Notes under the pieces: model-generated | The model's database searches: none | Seen by the model: the letters and a program-made list of their open reading frames with translations, nothing else | Told to the model about the DNA's origin: nothing | Shown: piece after piece, positions 1 to 9,877 of the stretch | How positions within the stretch are numbered: position 1 is the stretch's first letter | Layout: every line of letters starts with the position of its first letter | Program-made: the position numbers and the translations under genes | Assembly (NCBI GenBank): GCA_964476305.1 | Contig: CAYZAI010000002.1 | Span: 1-38,586, forward strand | Direction of reading: 5' to 3' | Source: an uncultured Myxococcales bacterium | Lineage (GTDB): Bacteria; Myxococcota_A; Polyangia; JAAYKL01 | Length of the DNA: 38,586 nucleotides

Positions 1-2
1 TC

Positions 3-593
3 CTCGCCGCGGCGGACCCGGGGGTCGGCGCCATTGTCATGAGCGTCAGCCACGACGGCCAGGAGGTGGCCGCGGACCGGATTTCCGGCGCGCGGCCGAT
101 CGCCCAGTGGTGCGCGCCGACGCGGACCAGGGTCCAGGTCAAGCTGCTCGTCACGGGCGGGTCGGGGGGGCTGGCGCTCGGCGTCTTCGGCGCGAAGGCC
201 GCGGCGTTCGCGACCCCCGAGAAGGTCGGCGGCTCCGAGTCGGATTTCATCGCCAACCGCCTGCGCCAGATCCACGCGCAGTACGGCAAGGGTCGCGCCG
301 CGGTGACGGGGGTGATGCGCGGCAACCTCGGCACGGCCGCGGAGCAGGTCTTCGACATCCGGCTGACCGCGGGCCACTGCTACACCGCGATCGCGGTGGG
401 CAGCCCGTCGATCAAGGACATCGACATCGCGATCCTCGATCGCTCGGGGCGCGAGATCCACAAGGACGGCACCAGCGCCGGCTTCTCGGTGCTGGACACT
501 TCGCCGTGTCCCAGCTTCACCGGGAAGCACACGCTGAAGATCCGCGTCTCTCGCGGCCTCGGCCAGTTCGGCGCCCAGGTCTTCTCGGACTGA
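3..593 (+). CDS. hypothetical protein, probably a C-terminal fragment (frame is open to the left window edge)
   Basis: Frame 3 has no stop from nt 3 to TGA at 591-593. GC3-rich codon usage. First ATG is at 39, but the frame continues upstream. I recognise no family motifs. Confidence 0.5.
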   Translation, partial: LAAADPGVGAIVMSVSHDGQEVAADRISGARPIAQWCAPTRTRVQVKLLVTGGSGGLALGVFGAKAAAFATPEKVGGSESDFIANRLRQIHAQYGKGRAAVTGVMRGNLGTAAEQVFDIRLTAGHCYTAIAVGSPSIKDIDIAILDRSGREIHKDGTSAGFSVLDTSPCPSFTGKHTLKIRVSRGLGQFGAQVFSD

Positions 594-696
594 CCGGCGC
601 CCGGCTCCTATTTTCTCTCGCCCTTTGGTCGATCTTCTTTTCCGTTGCCCTCCGGCTGTCAGTGGTAACATCGGCCAGACGAAAGGGGTGACAACC

Positions 697-2451
<1,755 letters not shown>

Positions 2452-2522
2452 GTGAAAATCGTGGCTCACCATTCGCGACGGCTGTGGCGCGAGGCGTGAA
2501 GCCAGGTGACCGCGCGGCGGGC

Positions 2523-4814
2523 TCAGCCCGCGCGGCGCTGGATCGATTCGATGGTGCAGGTCGTGTCGGACATCACCTCGGCGGCGTTGGCCTCGTCGGT
2601 GTCGATGTGCATCTCGAGCGTCCAGCCCGGGTGCACCCGCACCAGCACGTCGCCGAAGATCAGCGAGCGCTCGCCGGCCAGTTGCACCCGCACGAGATCC
2701 CTGTCGCGGATGCCGTAGGTCAGCGCGTGCTCGGGCGCCATGTGTATGTGGCGCAGGGCGCAGATCACGCCCTGGTCGAGCCGCACCTCGCCGGCGGTGC
2801 CGCGAAGCGTGAGGCCCGGGCTGCCGTCCAGATCGCCGGAGGCGCGGATCGGCGCGTCGATCCCCAGCTTGAACTCCTCGGTCCGCGAGATCTCGACCTG
2901 GGTCTCTGGGCGCACCGGGCCCAGCACCCGGACCCGATCCACCCGCCCCTTGGGCCCGACCAGGTCCACGGTCTCCTCGGCGGCGAACTGGCCCTTCTGC
3001 CTCAGCTCGTTGCGGGGAGTGAGGGTGCGCCCCGGGCCGAAGAGCGCCTCGACGTGCGCCTGGGAGAGGTGCACGTGGTGCGCCGAGACCGCCACCGGGA
3101 TCGGCCTGTCGCGCCGGGCGCGCAGCACGTCGGTCACGCCCGAGCGCTTCAGGGCGAGGCGGGTCTCCGCGGCGATGGCGCCCTCCTCGTCCGTGGGCAC
3201 GACCAGCACCGCCACCTTCGAGCCGTCGGTCGAGATGCAAAGCGGCTCCGCGCCCCGGGGACGCTCCCGGTTCCTGGCGGGATCGAGCTCCACGCCCAGG
3301 AACCCGAGCCCCTGGCAGATGCGCGAGCGGATGCCGGAGGCGTTCTCGCCGATGCCGCCGGTGAACACGATGGCGTCGAGGCCACCCATGGCCGCGGCGT
3401 AGGCACCGAGATACTTGCGCACCCGGTAGCAGAAGACCTGGATCGCCAGGAGCGCCCCGGGGTGGCCCGCATCGGCCGCCGACTCGAGCTCCCGCATGTC
3501 ACTGGAGAGGCCGGACAGGCCGAGCAGGCCCGAGCGCCTGTTGAGCAGTTCGTCCATCTCGCCATGGCCCATGCCGCCGCCGAGCAGGTGCAGCAGCAGG
3601 CCCGGGTCGATATCTCCGCAGCGGGTGCCCATGGCCAGCCCCTCCAGGGGTGTCAGGCCCATCGAGGTGTCTACCGAGCGGCCGTGATCGACGGCGGTCA
3701 CGGACGAGCCGTTGCCCAGGTGGCAGGTCACCAGCTCGAGGGAGCCGGCCGGGCGGCCCAGGAATCGGCAGGCCGTCTCGGCGACGTACTTGTGGCTGGT
3801 TCCATGGAAACCGAAGCGCCGCAGCATCCGCTGGTCCGCGAAGTCCCGGGGCAGAGCATACCGCCAGGCGTGTTCGGGCATCGTCATGTGGAACGCCGTG
3901 TCGAACACGCCGACCTGGGGTACCCCCGGCGGCAGGAGGCGGCGGCAGAGCTCGATGCCCAGCAGGTTGATCGGGTTGTGCAGCGGCGCGAGCACCGAGA
4001 CCCGCCGCATCTCCCCGATCACGTCGTCGTCGATCAGCGTGGCCTCGGTGAAGCGTGTGCCTCCGTGCACGGTGCGGTGGCCCACCGCGGCGAGCTGCTC
4101 GAGTCGCTCGACGGCCCCGTGTTCCGGGCTGACCAAGAGGTCGAACACCGCTCGCAGGCCCGCCTCGTGGTCGTCAAACGCCTGGGTCCGCTCCACCTCG
4201 CCGGCGGGCCCCCTGTGGCGGATCCGCGAACCCGGAAGGCCGATCTTCTCGACCAGGCCCCCGGCCCGCCGCTGCTCGCCGACGAACAGCGCGTACTTGA
4301 TCGACGAACTGCCCAGGTTCAGCACGAGCACAGGCTGTTCGGCCGCCCCCCCGTTCCCTTCCTCCGGGAGCACCGTGCGCCGCGCCTCGTCGAGGGCGGC
4401 CCGCTCGCCGGGATCGTTGCCCCTTCGGGCCAGTCGCTCGGCCAGCAGCCGCGCCAGGGACCTCGCCGCCTGGGGCCGTCGGCCGATCTCCGCCGTCAGG
4501 GCGTCGTGGGGCACGTGCACCACGCGGCCGGGGCCGGCCGCGGTGAGCTCGGCGATGGCCGGCTCGCCGGTGAGCAGGCTCATCTCGCCCAGCACCTCCC
4601 CCGGCGCGATCTCCGCCCGCGCCCCGCCAGGGAGGGTCACGACCAGCCGGCCGCTCGCCACCACGCCCAGCGAATCGAGGCGCTCGCCGACGCGAACCAC
4701 CACCTGGCCCGTGCTGTAGTCCGTCACGCGCGCCGCGGACGCCAGGCGGTCGATAGCCTCGTCGTCGAAGTCGGCCAGCGCCTTCACCTCGCGCAGCAGT
4801 GCCTTGACGTTCAT
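2523..4814 (-). CDS. ackA: tri-domain fusion: cyclic-nucleotide-binding-like domain + acetate kinase + PduL-type phosphate acyltransferase
   Basis: ATG at 4814 with GGAGG 8 nt upstream. Residues 1-125 are CNB-like (GEVLGEMSLLTGEPAIAELTA). Residues 161-560 carry acetate kinase motifs VLNLGSSSIKYALF, HRTVHGG, APLHNP, FDTAFH, FHGTSH, CHLGNGSS, FTGGIGEN and PTDEE. Residues 575-763 carry the duplicated PduL motif SAHHVHLS and ALRHIHMA. The listed 1261-aa ORF extends further upstream as an antisense shadow of the next gene. Confidence 0.85.
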   Translation of the reverse strand: MNVKALLREVKALADFDDEAIDRLASAARVTDYSTGQVVVRVGERLDSLGVVASGRLVVTLPGGARAEIAPGEVLGEMSLLTGEPAIAELTAAGPGRVVHVPHDALTAEIGRRPQAARSLARLLAERLARRGNDPGERAALDEARRTVLPEEGNGGAAEQPVLVLNLGSSSIKYALFVGEQRRAGGLVEKIGLPGSRIRHRGPAGEVERTQAFDDHEAGLRAVFDLLVSPEHGAVERLEQLAAVGHRTVHGGTRFTEATLIDDDVIGEMRRVSVLAPLHNPINLLGIELCRRLLPPGVPQVGVFDTAFHMTMPEHAWRYALPRDFADQRMLRRFGFHGTSHKYVAETACRFLGRPAGSLELVTCHLGNGSSVTAVDHGRSVDTSMGLTPLEGLAMGTRCGDIDPGLLLHLLGGGMGHGEMDELLNRRSGLLGLSGLSSDMRELESAADAGHPGALLAIQVFCYRVRKYLGAYAAAMGGLDAIVFTGGIGENASGIRSRICQGLGFLGVELDPARNRERPRGAEPLCISTDGSKVAVLVVPTDEEGAIAAETRLALKRSGVTDVLRARRDRPIPVAVSAHHVHLSQAHVEALFGPGRTLTPRNELRQKGQFAAEETVDLVGPKGRVDRVRVLGPVRPETQVEISRTEEFKLGIDAPIRASGDLDGSPGLTLRGTAGEVRLDQGVICALRHIHMAPEHALTYGIRDRDLVRVQLAGERSLIFGDVLVRVHPGWTLEMHIDTDEANAAEVMSDTTCTIESIQRRAG

Positions 4815-4902
4815 GCAGAAGACCTCCGGTTTCGCTTCTCCGGACCGATCTTTTTCACCTTCCCGCGGCCGGATGCAAGCCGGGAATGGCGGCCGCGTTC
4901 CC

Positions 4903-4931
4903 TTGCGCGAGTGGGACAACTCGTCTAGTAT
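4903..4931 (+). promoter_or_regulatory. sigma70-like promoter TTGCGC-N17-TAGTAT; the -10 ends 9 nt before ATG 4941, a possible leaderless transcript
   Basis: Hexamers read directly. There is no purine-rich SD between the -10 and the ATG (tccccggtcgATG). Confidence 0.35.
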
Positions 4932-4940
4932 CCCCGGTCG

Positions 4941-6314
4941 ATGAACGCCCCACCCAAGCTGCTCACGGCCCTTCTCGGCCTCGCGGTCGCCGGGTGCCTG
5001 CCCGACACCGGCGGCATCGATCCGCCGCTCGACCGGCTGATCTTCCCGGTGGGCCTCGCCATCACCGCGGACGACAGCCGCCTGCTGGCCGTCAATTCCA
5101 ACTTCGATCTCGAATACAATTCCGGGACGCTGACCGCCCTCGACATCAGCGACCTCGCCTCGGCCCTCACCGCCGACACGGCCGAGGTCAGTCCGGACGG
5201 CCGTTTCGTCTTCATCGATGACGGCGCGCTGATCATCGAGAGCGAGACGATCCGGGTCGGGGCCTTCGCCAGTGACCTCGGCCTTTCGCCCCGGGGCGAT
5301 CGGGCGATGATCCCGGTGCGCGGCGAGCGCGCGATCCTGCTGGTCGACGTGGGCGATCCCGCGACCGGTGACTTCCTGGACTGCGGCGAGGGTGACGACC
5401 GGCGCTGCGACGGTGCCCACCGGGTCGAGAGCAACGACCGCTTCACGCTGCCCATAGAGCCCTACGAGGTTGCCGCCCTCGATTACGTCGAGCCGTCGTC
5501 CGGCGAGCTCACCACGCTCGGCTTCGCCTCCCACCTGGCCGGGGGCGAGGTCTCGCTGTTCGTGGTGCAGGACGGCGCCGCCGGCAGCCAGAACGACGGC
5601 GAGCTGATCGGTGTGCTCAGCGGCGTGGTCCGCGAGGCCAGCGGCATCGCGGTCAACCCCGTGAGCAAGGAGATCTACGTCGCCGGGCGGTCCGAGGACG
5701 CCCGCGTGGCGGTGCTGTCGGTCCACACGGATTCGACCAACGGACAGTACTCCCACGAGCCCTTCTTCAGGAAGGTCAGCCACATCGATATCGGCGCCGA
5801 GATGTACGCCGGGACGAATGCCAGGGGCCTCGCCGTCACCGACGACGGATCCTACGCCTACCTGGCGACCCGAACGCCGGCGGCGCTCCTGGAGCTGGAC
5901 GCCGAGGCCCACGAGCTGACCGACATGACCACGGTCTGCACGGATCCCTCGATCGTCGAGCTGTTCCGGAGCGACGGAGACACGGCTGATCCGGCGGACG
6001 ACGTCACCTACGCCTTCGTGCTCTGCTTCCTGACCGGGCAGGTATTCATCGTCGATACCGAGGCGCTGATCGTCCGCGCCGTGCGCTCGGTGGGAAGCAG
6101 CCCCCACGCAATCGCGTTCGATCGCACGCGCAGACGCGCCTTCGTCTCCAATTTCCGCGAATCGACAATCAGCGTGATCGAGATCGAGCCTCCGCTGTTC
6201 GACCTGCTGCGCTACCGGCCCGGACCGGGGGAGTGGCTGTACGACGAGGACGATCCCGAGCAGAGCTACATCGTCAAGCTCGGCAAGCCGCGCTTGCCCA
6301 AGGGGCACACCTGA
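4941..6314 (+). CDS. lipoprotein with YVTN/YncE-like beta-propeller repeats
   Basis: Signal peptide plus lipobox LAVAGC. Repeated blade-like segments: LAITADDSRLLAVNSN, GIAVNPVSKEIYVAG, GLAVTDDGSYAYLAT and PHAIAFDRTRRRAFVSNFRESTISVIEI. Confidence 0.75.
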   Translation: MNAPPKLLTALLGLAVAGCLPDTGGIDPPLDRLIFPVGLAITADDSRLLAVNSNFDLEYNSGTLTALDISDLASALTADTAEVSPDGRFVFIDDGALIIESETIRVGAFASDLGLSPRGDRAMIPVRGERAILLVDVGDPATGDFLDCGEGDDRRCDGAHRVESNDRFTLPIEPYEVAALDYVEPSSGELTTLGFASHLAGGEVSLFVVQDGAAGSQNDGELIGVLSGVVREASGIAVNPVSKEIYVAGRSEDARVAVLSVHTDSTNGQYSHEPFFRKVSHIDIGAEMYAGTNARGLAVTDDGSYAYLATRTPAALLELDAEAHELTDMTTVCTDPSIVELFRSDGDTADPADDVTYAFVLCFLTGQVFIVDTEALIVRAVRSVGSSPHAIAFDRTRRRAFVSNFRESTISVIEIEPPLFDLLRYRPGPGEWLYDEDDPEQSYIVKLGKPRLPKGHT

Positions 6315-6316
6315 AG

Positions 6317-8566
6317 ATGCGCGCCTCCGTCCCGAAGCTCGTGCTCGTCGCGTGCCTGTCCGGCGCCGCCTGCGAGAGCAACCCGCCCGAGGCTGCCATC
6401 GCGCAGTTCGACCGGCCCCAGGATGCGGCGCTGGTCTGCTTGAACCAGGTCGAGGTGGACGGCGGGACCGAGTCGGAGCTGCTGCCGCTGGCCTGCTGTG
6501 CGGCCTCCTCGACCGGCGCGCCGGGCTACTGCTCCGGCCCGATCCCGGAGGCCGTGCTGTTGGCGTTCGTCACGCAGACCACCTCCGGCGAGGTGGCCGT
6601 GGTCGATCTCGACACGCTCGAGATTGTCGATCAGGACGAGCAGATCCCGTACAACAGCTTCGTGCCCGTCGGCGGGCAGCCGGCCGACGTGGCCGCGGCA
6701 TGGGACGGCCGCCGGGTCTACACCGCGAACCTCGAGACCGAGGATCTCTCGGTCATCGATGTGGCCTCCTGCTTCGGTCCGACCCTCGATCCCGCCGCCT
6801 CGATTCCGTTGGGCGCGCCCGCGGCGAGGTTGGTGGTGGCCCGGGCGCCCGAGATCCGGGACCGCTACGCCTTCGTGACCCTGCCCACGGTCGGGCAACT
6901 GGCCGTGGTCGCGCTCGATCCGGTGGACTGCCCCCCGCCAGAGGAGGGCCAGGACACAGCGGGATGCCTCCTCGGCACGTTGCGGCTGGATGCGGCCACC
7001 GGCCTCGAGCACGCTGTCGCGGACGACTCGCCGCAGGGGATCGCGCCGTTCGCAATCGTCGCCTCCGACCAGACCCCGTCCATCTACGTCGGGGGCTTCG
7101 AGGGTCACTACCTGGTCGAGCTCGACAGCGAGGTCCTGGTGCAGGAGGCCCTCGGCCTCGAGGCACCGGGACCCCTCGGCGGGAGCGCGCTGGTTCGGCG
7201 GATCGAGTTGGAGGAGTTCACGACCTGGGCGCTGGCTCTCGAGCCGGGCCTGGAGCGCTGGATCTACGCCGTCGAGAACGAGGTCGGCGGCGTGCTCGTC
7301 GTCGATCTGGTTGCGGGCGAACCGCTGCCGATCAACGCGGGCGACCCCCTCGCCGAGCACGCCTACAGCATCGGCCTGCCAGGTCGCGCTCGGTCCGTGG
7401 CGCTGCTCAGGGTCTCCGAGGACGGGGAGCCCGAGCCGCTCACGTTCAAGGGCACCTTCGGCGTCATCTCGACGACCAAGGCGTCGATCTTCGTGGTGGA
7501 CGCGGACGACGAGAACGCCGACCCTGCCGCGCCGCACACGCTTCGCGCCGGCGTGGACTTCTTCGACGAGGATCTCGATTACACGCCGCGGCTGGTGGAC
7601 GACCCCGTGCTCGTGGCAGATGGCACGGCCCTCTCGAGCGCCCTGGCGGAAGAGCACGCCTACTTCGCGCAGGAGGAGGACGCCGGGCTGCCGGACTGCG
7701 GCGGGGAAGACGTGGAGTTCCAGCCCGAGGGCAGCAGCGGAATCCGCTTCGCCTGCGACTACCGGCGGTCCACCAACGAGAATTGGACCATGACGTGGGA
7801 GGGGCCTGTGGGCATCAGCGGCGCGGGCGTCGTCCAGTACGAGGTCTCCGACTTCGGGGACGGGTACATGGTAGTGGCGGACGAGTCCAAGAACTTCTGC
7901 TCCCGCGGCCTGCTCGGCCGGGACCAGGGGACGACCTACGACGGCCTCGCCGAGCTGGAGGGCTACGAAGGCGACCTGCTGGTCATCACGTCGGATCCGG
8001 CCCCCCTCGGGGGTGCGGACTGCTCGGAATACGAGGACGTGGAGCTCGTGTACCAGGTCACGGAGGTCCTTGCGGCAGACACCCTGCGGCTGGAGCGGCT
8101 GAAGGGGTCGACTCCCTGGCCGGAGCAGGCGTGCTGGGGCCAGGCCTTCACCTATGAGATCCGCGCTCACGGGCAGTGGGTCCTGGCGGGCTCGTCCTCG
8201 GGGAAACTCACCCACGGCTCGACCGACATCCAGGGCCAATGCGTGCCCTACTCACAGGATCCCGACGAAGAAGATGTGCTGCGCTTCAGGCGGAGCCGTG
8301 TCTTCGACGGGTTCGACTTCTACAATCCGTATTTCGCGTTCCGCATCGAAGAGGGCGAGCTCGGCAAGGAAGGGTTGGACAGCCTGGCGTTCGAGTGGGA
8401 GACAGAAGGCGGCTTCGTTCCCCTCGGCAAGGTTCTCGGTAGCGACATCACGGACATCGAGCCGACCCCGGACTCGGCCCTGGTGTTGATCGATCGCGCG
8501 GGGCAGGGGCTGATCCTATTCGACCTGCTCGGAGATTTCGAGGCCATCGGCGCTCCCGTCAACTGA
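6317..8566 (+). CDS. large lipoprotein: N-terminal beta-propeller-like repeats plus an uncharacterised C-terminal region
   Basis: ATG 6317 lies 2 nt after the stop of the previous gene, suggesting an operon. Signal peptide and lipobox LVACLSGAAC. Blade-like segments GEVAVVDLDTLEIVD and RRVYTANLETEDLSVIDV. The ORF start listed at 6233 overlaps the upstream gene and lacks a signal peptide. Confidence 0.75.
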   Translation: MRASVPKLVLVACLSGAACESNPPEAAIAQFDRPQDAALVCLNQVEVDGGTESELLPLACCAASSTGAPGYCSGPIPEAVLLAFVTQTTSGEVAVVDLDTLEIVDQDEQIPYNSFVPVGGQPADVAAAWDGRRVYTANLETEDLSVIDVASCFGPTLDPAASIPLGAPAARLVVARAPEIRDRYAFVTLPTVGQLAVVALDPVDCPPPEEGQDTAGCLLGTLRLDAATGLEHAVADDSPQGIAPFAIVASDQTPSIYVGGFEGHYLVELDSEVLVQEALGLEAPGPLGGSALVRRIELEEFTTWALALEPGLERWIYAVENEVGGVLVVDLVAGEPLPINAGDPLAEHAYSIGLPGRARSVALLRVSEDGEPEPLTFKGTFGVISTTKASIFVVDADDENADPAAPHTLRAGVDFFDEDLDYTPRLVDDPVLVADGTALSSALAEEHAYFAQEEDAGLPDCGGEDVEFQPEGSSGIRFACDYRRSTNENWTMTWEGPVGISGAGVVQYEVSDFGDGYMVVADESKNFCSRGLLGRDQGTTYDGLAELEGYEGDLLVITSDPAPLGGADCSEYEDVELVYQVTEVLAADTLRLERLKGSTPWPEQACWGQAFTYEIRAHGQWVLAGSSSGKLTHGSTDIQGQCVPYSQDPDEEDVLRFRRSRVFDGFDFYNPYFAFRIEEGELGKEGLDSLAFEWETEGGFVPLGKVLGSDITDIEPTPDSALVLIDRAGQGLILFDLLGDFEAIGAPVN

Positions 8567-9353
8567 CGCGCGTGTCCGGTCTGGCCGCGAGAGCTGCCGA
8601 GAAAGAGCCGTCCAGGATTCTCGCCAGGGTGGGCGTATCCGCGCCGGTCTCGTCCCCGAGGACGAGCGGCGGCTCCATCACCAGGTGGTCCCGGGTTCCC
8701 GAGCGGGCGGAGACCAGCACGAGTTCGGCGGGCACGCCCTCCCGCGGCAGGACAGGCAGCAGGATATCGGCGGCGAGGCCCTCGGCATGCAGGCGCGACA
8801 GCAGGGACCCGAGCCGGCGCGCCGGGAACACGGCGCAGAGCCGGCCGACTCGCGGTCGGAGCAGGAGGCCCGCCGCGTGGATCCATCCGGCCAGGTCGAT
8901 GGCGACCTCGTGACAGGCGACCCGCCGCTGTTCGTCCGCGGGCAGGCGTCCCTGGTCGGCGGGCCAGAACGGCGGGTTGACGGCGACAAGCTCGCAGGAG
9001 CGGCGAAGTCCTCTGTCCTCCTGCGCTGCCGCCATGTCGCCGACGAGGACCCTGTAGCGATCCGCGAGCCCGTTGCGAGCGGCGTTGTTCGCCGCCAACT
9101 CGGCCAGGTCCGGCTGGATCTCGACTCCCACCAACCGCTCGGCGGCACCCGCGGCCAGAAGCCCCAGGCCCACCACGCCGCAGCCCGCTCCGAGATCGGC
9201 GGCGAGCCTGGCATCACCGAAACGCGCGGCGAACCACACGAGCAGTGGCGCATCCACGGAAAAGCGGTAGCCTTTTCGCGGCTGCCAAAGGCGGATCCGG
9301 CCGCCGAACAGAGCATCGTCGGAGAGCTCGCGGTCCATCGGCAATGGAATCAC
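8559..9353 (-). CDS. class I SAM-dependent methyltransferase, TrmN6/YfiC-like (tRNA m6A-type N-methyltransferase family)
   Basis: Motif I is DLGAGCGVVGL. The NPPF motif typical of N6-adenine/N-methyltransferases is present. N-terminal RIRLWQPRKGYRFSVDA resembles the YfiC family. GTG at 9353 or ATG at 9338 are both possible starts. The 3' end overlaps the convergent 6317-8566 gene by 8 nt. Confidence 0.7.
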   Translation of the reverse strand: MIPLPMDRELSDDALFGGRIRLWQPRKGYRFSVDAPLLVWFAARFGDARLAADLGAGCGVVGLGLLAAGAAERLVGVEIQPDLAELAANNAARNGLADRYRVLVGDMAAAQEDRGLRRSCELVAVNPPFWPADQGRLPADEQRRVACHEVAIDLAGWIHAAGLLLRPRVGRLCAVFPARRLGSLLSRLHAEGLAADILLPVLPREGVPAELVLVSARSGTRDHLVMEPPLVLGDETGADTPTLARILDGSFSAALAARPDTRVS

Positions 9354-9444
9354 GGCCGACGCTCCCGGGAACCGGACGATTCGGGTTGCATCAGGACCGA
9401 TCCTGATGCGTCATACCAGTGGGGAGCCGAGAGGAGCATCATCG

Positions 9445-9873
9445 ATGGGACATTGCAACAGAATCGCAGCCGCTGCAATCGGTGTGCTGGTAGTCGCGGG
9501 GGCGATCCTTTCTGCCGGGATATCGCCGGCCAAGACCGCCAAGTCCGGGTCGTTCTATCAGGTCGACATCTCCACCACGACCAGCGGTGACTCGGTGGTG
9601 GCCACGATCAGGGTCACGGGCAAGGGCGGCTACGGCTGCAACACGCTCTATCCCTGGAAGTTGACCGTGACCCCGGGATCCGGGGTCGAGATGGACAAGA
9701 CGGTCTACCACAAGGGCGACGCCACTCAGTTCGCCAAGGAGGCGGTGGTCTTCCAGGTGCGCTACACGGCCCTGGCCGGTGCGGACAAGGTCACGGCCAA
9801 GCTGAAGTTCAGCTTCTGCAATGACAAGCAGTGCCAGATGGAGCAGGTCGATCTCTCCTGGCCGGCGCGGTAG
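9445..9873 (+). CDS. small secreted protein, possibly with a DsbD-N-terminal-like (thiol:disulfide interchange) fold
   Basis: GAGGAG SD lies 8 nt before ATG 9445. Signal peptide AAAAIGVLVVAGAILSA. The C-terminal KLKFSFCNDKQCQMEQV resembles the Cys-x-x-x-x-Cys end of DsbD-alpha-like domains. The family call is tentative. Confidence 0.55.
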   Translation: MGHCNRIAAAAIGVLVVAGAILSAGISPAKTAKSGSFYQVDISTTTSGDSVVATIRVTGKGGYGCNTLYPWKLTVTPGSGVEMDKTVYHKGDATQFAKEAVVFQVRYTALAGADKVTAKLKFSFCNDKQCQMEQVDLSWPAR

Positions 9874-9877
9874 GATC

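Noticed and set aside
4815-6308. N-terminal 498 codons of the 1261-aa minus-strand ORF (2523-6308)
   Set aside because: This part is antisense to the beta-propeller lipoprotein gene and is Arg/Gly/Asp/Val-rich with no motifs. The recognisable protein starts at ATG 4814, which has a GGAGG SD. It is a typical high-GC shadow ORF.
6266-8239. 657-aa minus-strand ORF, plus the 601-aa +2-frame ORF at 6352-8157
   Set aside because: Both overlap the 6317-8566 lipoprotein gene. Both are Arg/Gly/Pro-rich low-complexity translations.
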